From assembly GCA_030141605.1 (NCBI GenBank), contig JAQGDQ010000184.1, positions 1-64,000 on the forward strand: a stretch of 64,000 nt of DNA, written 5' to 3'. This DNA comes from Tubiluchus corallicola. Taxonomy: Eukaryota; Animalia; Priapulida. Under the pieces are notes generated by a model, which made no database searches, was not told the DNA's origin, and worked only from the letters and a program-made list of their open reading frames with translations. Within the stretch, counting starts at the first letter, position 1. Each line of letters begins with the position of its first letter. A program made the translations under genes and the position numbers. This document shows positions 9,675 through 19,613 of the stretch, piece after piece.

Positions 9675-10631
9675 ATGGTTTTAACTGTAACACTAAATCC
9701 TGCAATAGACAAGATACTCATTCTTAAAAGGTTTGAAGTTCATAAGCTGCACAGAGTTACTGATGATGAAGTAAGTGAGGAGGTTGCAGGGGGCAAGGGT
9801 GTAAATATCGCATTAAACCTTCAACAACTTGGAAGTAGCGTTATTGCTTCAGGTTTTGCAGGTGGACATCCCGGGCACTTGCTCTGTGATAACCTGAGAA
9901 CCAAGGGTGTAACAACAAGTTTTATCTTTACCGAGGGTAAAACAAGGGCAAACACATCAATCATTGATTTAGAGAATAAAACATTAACCGAGATTAATGA
10001 TCTGGGGCAAGAAGTATCAGAAGAGGATTTGTCATTTTTTATCGACAATTATACCCAGTTGGTAAATAGAGTAAGCATTGTTGTTCTGGCAGGTTCTCTT
10101 CCCAAAGGAACCCCTAAAGACCTGTATAAACTACTTATAGAGATAGCCAATAAAAAGGGAGTAAAAACAATTGTGCACACAGCTCCGGAGTATATCGACC
10201 CGGTGTTAGGCAGTTCTGCTTTTCTCTTAAATCCTGATATGAGAAGCCACCATTTTCTTGCAGGAAAACCCATAGATGGTGTAGATCAGTTTATTAGTGT
10301 TGGTAAGGAAATAATCAGAGCCCAAAAAGAGGTGGAGTTCGTATTATTTACCCACCGCATTCAAAATGTAGTAGCTATTACACATGGTAAGTCATACGTA
10401 GTGCACCCCAGAGGGTTAAAGATTGTTAATATGCTCGGATATGCAGATGCATATCTTGCAGGGTTCATACATGCTTATAACAATAAGAAGGAGATTCCGG
10501 ATGTTTTAAGGTATGCATCCGCCTCAGGGTTGACAAACGTGGAGAGTCTTTATAAAGAGATTAAAGATAAGAAAACAGTATTTGAGAATATAAAACGAAT
10601 CGATGTGGAGGAAATAAAATGGGAAAAGTAA
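9675..10631 (+). CDS. PfkB-family 1-phosphofructokinase-like kinase with an atypical C-terminal motif
   Basis: TVTLNPAID, AGGKGVNIA and AGSLPKG motifs; the anion-hole motif reads GYAD instead of GAGD. Confidence 0.85.
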   Translation: MVLTVTLNPAIDKILILKRFEVHKLHRVTDDEVSEEVAGGKGVNIALNLQQLGSSVIASGFAGGHPGHLLCDNLRTKGVTTSFIFTEGKTRANTSIIDLENKTLTEINDLGQEVSEEDLSFFIDNYTQLVNRVSIVVLAGSLPKGTPKDLYKLLIEIANKKGVKTIVHTAPEYIDPVLGSSAFLLNPDMRSHHFLAGKPIDGVDQFISVGKEIIRAQKEVEFVLFTHRIQNVVAITHGKSYVVHPRGLKIVNMLGYADAYLAGFIHAYNNKKEIPDVLRYASASGLTNVESLYKEIKDKKTVFENIKRIDVEEIKWEK

Positions 10632-11062
10632 AAGATTGTATGCTAAAAGACATATATGCAGTAAGTGAAGCATCTACCCTTCGCAGAATAATTAAAAGCA
10701 TGAAGCTGCACAGGCTTTCTGCCATTCCCGTAGTTAACCACATGGGAGAATATGTTGGATGTATCAGTGAAGTAGATATCCTTGATGCTTCAGTTCCTCA
10801 ATATATTAAATCTCTATATAACACGTCGTTTATGTTAGATTTTGATAGTATTACATCACATTTAAAAAAAATACTGGGTGAAAAGGCTATAAAGTATGTA
10901 GACGCTAAGTATCCATATGTTTTACCTGAAGACACCGCATCTCATGCTGCAGATCTAATCAACCGCACCCATCGCTCGGTACTACCAGTTATTGAAGGAA
11001 AAAACCTAGTTGGTTTAGTTACGAGAATGGAAATACTATATGCATCGCTAAATGACAATTAA
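10619..11062 (+). CDS. Stand-alone CBS-pair protein
   Basis: AIPVVNHMGEYVGCISEVDI and VLPVIEGKNLVGLVTRMEIL; overlaps the 3' end of the pfkB-like gene. Confidence 0.9.
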   Translation: MGKVKDCMLKDIYAVSEASTLRRIIKSMKLHRLSAIPVVNHMGEYVGCISEVDILDASVPQYIKSLYNTSFMLDFDSITSHLKKILGEKAIKYVDAKYPYVLPEDTASHAADLINRTHRSVLPVIEGKNLVGLVTRMEILYASLNDN

Positions 11063-11080
11063 TCAAAAATATAGCTTTTT

Positions 11081-12385
11081 ATGATTGCTTCCTCTATTAC
11101 AGCCCAGGTTGGTGCTTTTGAAACAGTAGTAGCAATATCTGTTTTCATACTGACATTTGCTTTTATAGTAACAGAAAAGTTTCACAGCGCAATAATATCT
11201 TCGGTAGGAGGGTTTACATTAATTGCATTTCGCATTGTTAATCAGTCTGATGTTATCGGTTTTATTGAGTTTGATACCATAGGACTTTTATGTGGAATGA
11301 TGATGACTGTTGCTGTAATGCGCAAAACAGGAATTTTCGAATATATTGCTATCAAAGGGATAAAGCTAACTAAAGGGAATCCGTGGAAAATTCTGGTTGT
11401 GTTATCCTCTGTAACGGCTATATTGTCTGCTATACTAGACAATGTAACTACAGTGTTAATTATTATACCACTTACATTTGCAATAGCAGAAAATATTAAG
11501 GTCAACCCGATGCCAATGCTCATATCTGAAGTGATATTTTCGAATATCGGAGGAGCAGCGACTTTGATTGGAGATCCCCCGAACATACTTATTGGAGGAG
11601 CATCTCACTTAACATTTGTCGACTTTATTTATATTAATCTTCCTATCGTGCTGGTAATAAGCGTTATTACTATGTATCTTTTGAAGTTGATATATCACAA
11701 AAAGCTAATGTCAGTATCTGTGGACAAAGAAAAGATAAAAACTTTTGATGAAAGCCGTGCTATAGGTAATAAAAAGTTCTTTATCACCACCCTAGTCGTA
11801 TTTACCCTTATTATTGCCGCTTTTGTAACCCACCATTTTCACGAGATCAGCATGGCTTCGATTGCAATTGGTGGAGGGTTTATAATGCTACTGGTAACAA
11901 AGCAAGATCCGGAGGAGGTGTTAAAACATGTTGAATGGGCTACTCTCTTCTTCTTTATAGGGCTTTTCATTGTTATAGGAGGGCTGGAGAAAACAGGTGT
12001 TATAAGTCATATTTCAGACCAAATAACCGTTATAACAAAGGGGGACGTCGGTTTCACAACACAGTTAATACTTTGGCTATCAGGATTATCCACGACTTTC
12101 ATCAACAGTATACCATATACTGTAACAATGATTTCTATTATAAAAGAGATATCAGTAACAATGTCGGGAAGTACAGATCAGTTATGGTGGGCTCTTTCTC
12201 TGGGCGCCTGTCTTGGAGGAAACGGTTCACTTATAGGAGCAGCAGCCAATATTGTTGCCGCTGGATTTTCTCAAAAAACAGATTATCCAATGAAGTTTTT
12301 TGAGTATGTAAAGGTTGCATTTCCACTAACTATAATATCACTTATTCTGAGCTCAATTTATCTGTACCTTATATTTCCCAACTAA
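11081..12385 (+). CDS. ArsB/NhaD-family (ion transporter superfamily) permease
   Basis: SAILDNVTTVL, SNIGGAATLIGDPPNI and LGACLGGNGSLIGAAANIV motifs; many hydrophobic helices. Confidence 0.9.
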   Translation: MIASSITAQVGAFETVVAISVFILTFAFIVTEKFHSAIISSVGGFTLIAFRIVNQSDVIGFIEFDTIGLLCGMMMTVAVMRKTGIFEYIAIKGIKLTKGNPWKILVVLSSVTAILSAILDNVTTVLIIIPLTFAIAENIKVNPMPMLISEVIFSNIGGAATLIGDPPNILIGGASHLTFVDFIYINLPIVLVISVITMYLLKLIYHKKLMSVSVDKEKIKTFDESRAIGNKKFFITTLVVFTLIIAAFVTHHFHEISMASIAIGGGFIMLLVTKQDPEEVLKHVEWATLFFFIGLFIVIGGLEKTGVISHISDQITVITKGDVGFTTQLILWLSGLSTTFINSIPYTVTMISIIKEISVTMSGSTDQLWWALSLGACLGGNGSLIGAAANIVAAGFSQKTDYPMKFFEYVKVAFPLTIISLILSSIYLYLIFPN

Positions 12386-12570
12386 AAAGAGCAGCTTGTA
12401 CCACCTTGAATAGACGCAGCATCTTAACCCTTTAGGTATCAAAGAATTATAATCAGATTGATTACATACTTTAATTGGTAGATCAGCTTTAGCAAATATG
12501 CATGCCTTACCAGCTTATAAATACAAAAAAGATATAAAGTACAAATATTATGGATACAAAATGAATATTT

Positions 12571-13557
12571 ATGCTCTGTATATTATCTAACTACCAGGAT
12601 CCATACATTAACATTGCATCAGAGGAGTATTTCTTAAAAAACTACCAGGAAGAGGTCTTTATCCTGTATATAAATAAGCCTTCAGTCGTTATTGGTAAGC
12701 ATCAAAACATAATGACAGAGGTAAATTATAACCTTATAGCAGCAGGCTTTATTGCCCCAGTAAGAAGATTATCAGGAGGAGGAGCGGTGTACCACGATAA
12801 AGGAAATATAAATTTTTGCTTTATAAACAATGTAGAAGATACAAAAAATTTATCCTACCAAAAGCTTATCTATCCTATCATAGAGGCCATAAAAAGCCTG
12901 GGTATCGACAATATATCATTTTCAGATAAAAAAGATATAATGATTCATGGAAAAAAGGTGTCAGGGGGTGCAATGCATGTCCATAAAAAACGTGTGCTAT
13001 CTCATGGAACTTTACTGTATAATTCATCTCTTACAAGCCTGACTAGTGCAATAAGCAATAAAACAACAGGGAGGTACTACAGTAAAGCTGTAAGGTCTGT
13101 TAGCTCACATGTGGCAAATATTTCGCAGTTTTTAGTGAAAAGCATGTCTACAAAGAGGTTTTCCTTATCAGTATTTAACTATGTGTGCTCTTGTTTCAGT
13201 GACTCCAGAGTGTATAATTTTTCCAAAGCTGATATGATAGAGATTGGCCGGTTAGCAAAAGAAAGATACAAAAGTTGGGAGTGGATATACGGACATTCTC
13301 CAAAATACTTTTTTGAAAAGAGTAGTAACGTGTCAGGGGTTGGTGTATTTATCTCAATATGCGTAGAAAAGGGTGTTATATCAAAAGTAAATATTTCAAT
13401 AAATACATCAGAAAAACAAATTAATACGCTGATTGAAAAAGCTATAATAGGAAGCCGTCATCATATTGATCACATATCACAAGCTATAAGCGAGCTAGGT
13501 ATTGAGTTTTTACAAAAAGATGAAAACAGGAGTGCTTTTTCTATGTGTTTTTTTTAA
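12571..13557 (+). CDS. lplA: Lipoate-protein ligase A
   Basis: NIASEEY, VVIGKHQN, VRRLSGGGAVYHDKGN, KKVSGGA, HGTLL and WEWIYGHSP motifs. Confidence 0.9.
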   Translation: MLCILSNYQDPYINIASEEYFLKNYQEEVFILYINKPSVVIGKHQNIMTEVNYNLIAAGFIAPVRRLSGGGAVYHDKGNINFCFINNVEDTKNLSYQKLIYPIIEAIKSLGIDNISFSDKKDIMIHGKKVSGGAMHVHKKRVLSHGTLLYNSSLTSLTSAISNKTTGRYYSKAVRSVSSHVANISQFLVKSMSTKRFSLSVFNYVCSCFSDSRVYNFSKADMIEIGRLAKERYKSWEWIYGHSPKYFFEKSSNVSGVGVFISICVEKGVISKVNISINTSEKQINTLIEKAIIGSRHHIDHISQAISELGIEFLQKDENRSAFSMCFF

Positions 13558-13611
13558 TCTAATAAATTAAATACATATGCTTAAAGTATTACTATAGAGG
13601 GTATTACGCAT

Positions 13612-14169
13612 TAATTTGGAAAGATTTATGATAAAATTGGTTTTCCACAGGATGGGTCATGCGATTATTTTAGGAGTCTGGTATTATGCAGGTTAGTGTA
13701 CCAGGGCAGTAAATTAAAAACCATTGACTATTTTAGATGGCATTTAAATATTGATATTAGCGCTTACACAGTCTACCGTTTCTTAGATGAGTTAAATTCA
13801 AAATTAAAAACCAAGCTTGAACAAATTTCCTTCGAATACACAAAAAAGCTATTGAGAGGTAAAATTGGAGTAGTATTTTATGATATGACTACCTTGTATT
13901 TTGAAGCCTCCGAGGAAGACGATTACCGGATACCTGGTTTTAATAAAGATGGCAAGCACCAGCAACCTCAAATTATGGTTGGTCTATTAGTAAGTAACCA
14001 TGGCTACCCGATTGGTTATCAAATATTCGAAGGCAATACCTCGGAAACAAAAACATTGATACCTGTATTAATCAGGTCATATCAAAACGAAAAACCTTCA
14101 ACCTACCGAAGTGCAAGCTAGGCTGCTCGAAATGAAATTTTAACTGGGTCATGCATTGCACAAAACAGG
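13612..14169 (+). mobile_element. Defective IS1634-family element: transposase remnant with internal deletion and a probable right end
   Basis: VFYDMTTLYFE...GFNKDGKHQQPQIMVGLLV...GYPIGYQIFEGNTSE is IS1634-like. At about 14071 the sequence switches to another frame encoding SGHIKTKNLQPTEVQARLLEMKF* (stop 14141-14143), followed by ...GCACAAAACAGG. Confidence 0.8.
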
Positions 14170-14341
14170 AAGTTGAGGAAAAAACTAAAAGAAAAGCTAT
14201 GGTTTAATCTGTAAATGAGGCTCTTATCAAAAGTATTAACGAATGGTGGGGGCAAAACAATTTAACATAAAATATATACCTATAAGAAGGCGCAGGACTA
14301 CATGTGCTATATCTTTAAGAATAGAGGTGTATAAGCCTAAA

Positions 14342-16153
14342 TTACAGCCTATTATTAAAATATTCATATATTTTTTTTGCTTTAGAAGCTCCAATTAGTT
14401 CAGCCATATCATCTTTTGTTAATGATTTAATTCGTTTAATAGATTTAAAGGTGCTTAGCAGTATTTCTTTTGTTTTATTTCCAATTCCTGGTATTTCATC
14501 CAGCTCAGATTTTATAAAGTCCTTAGATCTTTTGCCTCTGTGAAAAGCGATACCAAAGCGGTGAGCTTCATTACGCAAATGTTGGACTATTTTTAGTGTT
14601 TCGGAGTCTTTATCTATATAGAGAGGTATAGTGTCTCCTGGGACAAATATTTCTTCGAGCCTTTTTGCAATAGCTATAATGTTTATATTTTCAGCTAAGC
14701 CAAGCCTGTTAATACTATTTAGTGCTGCGCTTAGCTGTCCCTTACCACCATCAACAATAACCAGTTGAGGAAGAGGAAGTCCCTCTTCAGACAATCTTTT
14801 GTATCTCCTGTATATAGCCTCCTCCATTGATGCAAAATCGTTTGGCCCCTCAACAGTTTTAATGTTAAAGTGCCGATACTCTTTTTTAGATGGTTTCCCG
14901 TTTCTAAACACAACACACGATGCAACAGGATAGCTACCCTGCATGTTTGAGTTATCAAAGCACTCTATATGGGTCGGGTGCTTATCAAGCCTTAAGTCGA
15001 GCATCATTGCATTCATTATACGGGTTGTCTTTTTTTGTGGGCTCTTTGCCGATCTCTGTTTCAGTTTTTCAAGCTTATAATACTTTACATTCCTTTGCGA
15101 CAGTTCAAGTAGTTTAAGCTTATCTCCGCGCTTGGGAATGGTAACTTTAGTATTCTTAAGCTCTGTATCTGGCATAAATGGGACCACTATCTCTTTTGAG
15201 TTTGAAAATACCTTTTGCCTTATCTCAACAATACCCAATGATAACAACTCCTCTTTTGTTTCATTGAGTTTTTTTCTCATCTCAACGGTATGCACCTGTA
15301 TAATTGAGCCGTTAACTACCTTCATAAAGGTTACATAGGTGCAGCTATCATCCTCGTCAAATGCAAACACATCCAGGTCTGTAATTATAGAGCTCACAAC
15401 GGTAGATTTGCTCCTAAATCGCTCTAATATCTCCAGCTTGCTCTTAATATTTTCAGCTTTTTCAAAGTCTAGTGCCAAAGAGTATTCTTGCATAAGGCTT
15501 TTCAAGTGTGCGGTAACTGAGTTTAAGTTACCCTTCATAATATCCTTTATCCGGCTTATGTCTTCTAAGTAGGCCTCTTCTGTTTGATGGTTTTCACACG
15601 GACCATTACAGTTCCCTATATGATATTCTAAGCACACCTTCATATTTCCTTTCGCTATATTCTCTTTGCTGAGATTATAGTTACAGTTTCTAAGGTTATA
15701 AAGGTTCTTGATAACACCAAGTATCGTCTTAACAACACCCATGGATGTATATGGCCCGAAGTAGGTAGAGCCGTCTCTAACAACATTTCTAGTGGAAAAA
15801 ACACGAGGGAAACTCTCCCTCCTAACACAAATCCAGGGATATGATTTGTCATCTTTCAACCGCACATTATATCTAGGCTGCAGCTTTTTAATAAGACTAT
15901 TTTCAAGTAATAAAGCATCTTCTTCCGTTTCAACAACAACATGTTCTATCCTGTAAATGCTTTTTACAAGTATCTTTGTTTTGTGATCTGCCTGCTTTTT
16001 AGTGAAGTAGGATGAAACTCTTTTTTTTAAATTCTTTGCTTTCCCAACATATATAACATCGTTTTTTGAGTCGAAATAGGTGTATACCCCCGGAGAGTCT
16101 GGTAAAATAGATATGTACTTTTTTATTTTATTTTCGTACGCTTCACTGGACAT
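14342..16153 (-). CDS. uvrC: Excinuclease ABC subunit C
   Basis: GIY-YIG domain (PGVYTY...YVGKAKNLKKRV), ECFDNSN, VDGGKGQ, RNEAHRF and C-terminal HhH. Confidence 0.97.
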   Translation of the reverse strand: MSSEAYENKIKKYISILPDSPGVYTYFDSKNDVIYVGKAKNLKKRVSSYFTKKQADHKTKILVKSIYRIEHVVVETEEDALLLENSLIKKLQPRYNVRLKDDKSYPWICVRRESFPRVFSTRNVVRDGSTYFGPYTSMGVVKTILGVIKNLYNLRNCNYNLSKENIAKGNMKVCLEYHIGNCNGPCENHQTEEAYLEDISRIKDIMKGNLNSVTAHLKSLMQEYSLALDFEKAENIKSKLEILERFRSKSTVVSSIITDLDVFAFDEDDSCTYVTFMKVVNGSIIQVHTVEMRKKLNETKEELLSLGIVEIRQKVFSNSKEIVVPFMPDTELKNTKVTIPKRGDKLKLLELSQRNVKYYKLEKLKQRSAKSPQKKTTRIMNAMMLDLRLDKHPTHIECFDNSNMQGSYPVASCVVFRNGKPSKKEYRHFNIKTVEGPNDFASMEEAIYRRYKRLSEEGLPLPQLVIVDGGKGQLSAALNSINRLGLAENINIIAIAKRLEEIFVPGDTIPLYIDKDSETLKIVQHLRNEAHRFGIAFHRGKRSKDFIKSELDEIPGIGNKTKEILLSTFKSIKRIKSLTKDDMAELIGASKAKKIYEYFNNRL

Positions 16154-16168
16154 ATAGAACTAAGTAAG

Positions 16169-16693
16169 TTAAAACTGTATCATACTCCACAGCGGTATAT
16201 TTTCGTCAATATTCAACCTTCCTTTTAAAAATCCCAACTCGACAAAGCTATTTACAAAAACTCCTTTACAATTAAACCTCTTCACCAGCTCCACAGTAGC
16301 CTGTATAGTACCTCCAGTAGCAAGCAAGTCATCATGTATTAAAACAACATCATCTGCCAAAAGCGCATCTTTATGAATTTCTAACACATCACTACCATAC
16401 TCCAGCTCATACACCTGTGAGAAGACATCCGCCGGAAGTTTTCCCGGTTTCCTAACCGGTATAAAGCCACCCCCCAGCCTGTATGCGATAGCACTTCCCA
16501 ATATAAAACCCCTAGATTCTACACCAACAATTTTTGTTATTCCCTTTTCCTCATAGTAGTTGCATATTTCGTTTACAACAAAATCAAAAATATCGGCTCT
16601 CTTTAAGGCAGAAAATACATCCTTAAACTGAACGCCCTGCTTAGGGAAGTCAGAAATGTTGCGAATAGATTCTTTTACTATATCAATATTCAT
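16169..16693 (-). CDS. apt: Adenine phosphoribosyltransferase
   Basis: DFPKQGVQFKD, ESRGF, RKPGKLP, YELEYG and DDLLATGGT motifs. Confidence 0.97.
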   Translation of the reverse strand: MNIDIVKESIRNISDFPKQGVQFKDVFSALKRADIFDFVVNEICNYYEEKGITKIVGVESRGFILGSAIAYRLGGGFIPVRKPGKLPADVFSQVYELEYGSDVLEIHKDALLADDVVLIHDDLLATGGTIQATVELVKRFNCKGVFVNSFVELGFLKGRLNIDENIPLWSMIQF

Positions 16694-16724
16694 ATTAAAA
16701 CAAATTAATCATAAAACATATTGA

Positions 16725-16740
16725 TGTTCCACGTGGAACA
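16725..16740. promoter_or_regulatory. parS centromere-like site (ParB binding)
   Basis: TGTTCCACGTGGAACA matches the established parS consensus and sits within a perfect 26-bp palindrome (16720-16745) at the mnmG stop. Confidence 0.85.
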
Positions 16741-18621
16741 TCAATTTTTCAATAGAACTAACAAAACAGTTATGTCACTCGGGGAAACACCAGGTATTCT
16801 ACCGGCCTGCCCTATAGTTTTCGGCTGTATTTGTGTCAGTTTTTGGCGAGCCTCTATGGAGAGTGATTTTATGTCGTTGTAATCAAAGCGCCCCTCTATA
16901 TTAAAATCATCAAGTTTTTTTAGTTTATCTGCTACTTCACGCTCTCTCTTTATATAGCCTGAGTATTTGATCAATATCTCAGTTGCCTCTACTATCTCTT
17001 CATATCTATCATTTTTTATAATAGCGCTCATTTTCTCTTTTATCGGTGCAACCTTCTCAATCAACTCAATTAAGCTAATCTGGGGCCTTAAAATGAGCAT
17101 TTCCATTTTTACACTGTGTTTAAGTGGTTCTGTTCCTTTCGATATTAAAAGGTCATTTACCTGTTCTGGACTGATAGAGAGTGATTTAGACAAATCTATA
17201 AGATAGTCTCTAAGTTCTGTTTTCTCTTTTAGGAGAGCCAACCTCTCTTCAGATGCAAGCCCCAGCTTGTATGCAGCATGTGTCAGTCTTGTATCTGCAT
17301 CATCTTGTCTCAAAAGTATTCTATATTCAGCCCTGCTTGTGAACATTCTATAGGGTTCATCAACTCCCTTAGTAACCAGATCATCAATAAGAACGCCAAT
17401 GTATGCCTCATCACGAGAAAGAGTAAAGCTATCCTTGCCGTTTATTTTAAGATGTGCATTAATACCCGCTATTAAACCCTGAGCCGCAGCCTCCTCATAA
17501 CCGGTAGTGCCATTAATTTGCCCTGCAAAATATAAGTAGCCTACCAGTTTTGTTTCAAGTGTGTGATATAGTTGAAGAGGATCAAAAAAATCGTATTCTA
17601 TAGCGTACCCAGGTCTCAATATTCTGGCATTTTCCAACCCCTCGACTTTTTGTATTGCCCGCAATTGAACATCCCAGGGAAGAGAGGAGGAAAAGCCGTT
17701 AAGGTAATATTCAATACCACCCTCCCCTTCCGGTTCTATAAACAGTTGATGCCTGTCTTTATCCGAGAAGGTAACAAGTTTTGTTTCTATACTTGGGCAG
17801 TAGCGAGGGCCAAGTCCTTTAATAGAGCCATCAAGTAGCGGCGAGTCGGCAAAGCCCTTCTCCAATTCTCCGTGTGTCTCAGGATTTGTGTAAGCAATAT
17901 AGCATGATTTCTGCTTTAGAGTACTTTTTATGCCTGGTAAGTAACTGAATTTATTAAACAGCACCTCTCCTTTTTGCTCCTTAAGTTTGTCAAAATCAAT
18001 AGAACGTCCATCTACTCTCACAGGTGTCCCCGTCTTCATTCTTCCAATAGCAAACCCTATTTTTTCAAGTTTGTCAGATAGATCCAGAGAAGCTGCTTCC
18101 GAAATTCGCCCACCTCCAATTTTCTTTCTTCCAAAATGCATAATACCATTTAAGAACGTTCCATTGGCAAGTATAACAGACTTTGAGCTAAAAGTTACTC
18201 CAAGATCGGTTATAACCCCTGTTACTACGCCATTATCAATAATAATATCAGCAACAAGACCCTGCCAGAAATGAAGGTTTGGTACAGCCTCCAGCTTTTT
18301 TCTCCACTCCTCCGAGAACCTTACCCTATCGCACTGTGCTCTTGGGCTCCACATTGCTGGCCCTTTCGAACGATTTAATATCTTAAATTGAATAGTAGAA
18401 AGGTCAGATACAATTCCCATCAGTCCGCCTAAAGCATCTATTTCTCTGACAATTTGTCCTTTGGCTATACCACCAACTGCAGGGTTACAGCTCATCTGGG
18501 CCAGTTTGCCCAAATCCATGGTTATAAGCAAAGTTTTTGAACCCAACCTTGCGGCGGCGGCCGCAGCTTCACATCCAGCGTGTCCTCCGCCCACAACTAT
18601 TACATCATAATCAGATAGCAT
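16741..18621 (-). CDS. mnmG: tRNA uridine-5-carboxymethylaminomethyl modification enzyme MnmG (GidA)
   Basis: [36 protein letters not shown] and [17 protein letters not shown] motifs. Confidence 0.98.
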   Translation of the reverse strand: MLSDYDVIVVGGGHAGCEAAAAAARLGSKTLLITMDLGKLAQMSCNPAVGGIAKGQIVREIDALGGLMGIVSDLSTIQFKILNRSKGPAMWSPRAQCDRVRFSEEWRKKLEAVPNLHFWQGLVADIIIDNGVVTGVITDLGVTFSSKSVILANGTFLNGIMHFGRKKIGGGRISEAASLDLSDKLEKIGFAIGRMKTGTPVRVDGRSIDFDKLKEQKGEVLFNKFSYLPGIKSTLKQKSCYIAYTNPETHGELEKGFADSPLLDGSIKGLGPRYCPSIETKLVTFSDKDRHQLFIEPEGEGGIEYYLNGFSSSLPWDVQLRAIQKVEGLENARILRPGYAIEYDFFDPLQLYHTLETKLVGYLYFAGQINGTTGYEEAAAQGLIAGINAHLKINGKDSFTLSRDEAYIGVLIDDLVTKGVDEPYRMFTSRAEYRILLRQDDADTRLTHAAYKLGLASEERLALLKEKTELRDYLIDLSKSLSISPEQVNDLLISKGTEPLKHSVKMEMLILRPQISLIELIEKVAPIKEKMSAIIKNDRYEEIVEATEILIKYSGYIKREREVADKLKKLDDFNIEGRFDYNDIKSLSIEARQKLTQIQPKTIGQAGRIPGVSPSDITVLLVLLKN

Positions 18622-18644
18622 TCACAAAAATGTATTTCAGGCTT

Positions 18645-19070
18645 TTAAAGCATGTCAAAGTATGATTTCAGTGCGACATCTTCAATTTTACGCATTTTTT
18701 TCTTTTCTGAGGGAGTAGTATCAGAATACCCTAAAAAATGCAAAATACCGTGTATAATAACTCTTAATAGCTCTTTTTCAAAGCCATCTCTATATGATAG
18801 CCCATTATCCTTTACTCTATCGATACTAATGTAGATATCGCCCGACACATCTCTATTTTCGCTATAGTCAAAAGCAATAACATCTGTATAGTAGTTATGG
18901 TTCAAATACTCTCTGTTTATATTCAGCATAAACTCATCATCACAAAAAATATAATTAATATTTCCACATTCACGACCCTTGTCCCCTATCACGCTTTCGA
19001 CCCATGCCGAAATCAAAGCCTTGTTAACTTTAAAGGGGTCAACATTCTCAAAATGGAAAAGTATTTCCAT
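18645..19070 (-). CDS. ybeY: rRNA maturation RNase YbeY
   Basis: NREYLNHNYYTDVIAF, GDIYIS and HGILHFLGYSD (HxxxHxxGxD) motifs. Confidence 0.95.
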   Translation of the reverse strand: MEILFHFENVDPFKVNKALISAWVESVIGDKGRECGNINYIFCDDEFMLNINREYLNHNYYTDVIAFDYSENRDVSGDIYISIDRVKDNGLSYRDGFEKELLRVIIHGILHFLGYSDTTPSEKKKMRKIEDVALKSYFDML

Positions 19071-19483
19071 TATTTAAAGTTGACTTTTAGCTTGACTATA
19101 TTCCCTTTTTCACATACTTTGAAGCTATCACATAGATTTTTCATAAAAAACAGACCCCTCCCAGTTTCCAGTAAAATTTTGTCATGACTGGTCGGATCAG
19201 GTACATCCTTATAGTTAAAACCATCACCCTCATCGGCCACAGTGGTTTTTATAGATTTTTTATTCGCGACTATATTTATACGCACCATTTTCTCAGGGAT
19301 ACCTTCGTTTCCATGCTCCATAGCATTGATTACTGCCTCCATCAAAGATGCTTCAAATGCAAAAAACTTTTCAGGAGTGAATGGCAACTCGTTTTTAATT
19401 TCCTTGCATAAAAGCACACACCTACGTATATCATCATTATTAGATTGTATTAGTAATTCTATTTCAAATAAGAGCTTACTCAC
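19070..19483 (-). CDS. RsbW-like anti-sigma / ATP-binding protein (HATPase_c_2)
   Basis: EAVINAMEHGN, VADEGDGF and GRGLFFM motifs; stop overlaps the ybeY start (TAATG). Confidence 0.85.
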   Translation of the reverse strand: MSKLLFEIELLIQSNNDDIRRCVLLCKEIKNELPFTPEKFFAFEASLMEAVINAMEHGNEGIPEKMVRINIVANKKSIKTTVADEGDGFNYKDVPDPTSHDKILLETGRGLFFMKNLCDSFKVCEKGNIVKLKVNFK

Positions 19484-19613
19484 TTTAGCCTATCTTTTAT
19501 ATAATTTTTTTTGTTTTTAAGATATAACTAATTATCAAAGAAAAGTGTAAATTAAATATCCACTTACAAAAGTACCTAATATTGTTATTATCAAATAAAG
19601 AGTTGCCATAAAT

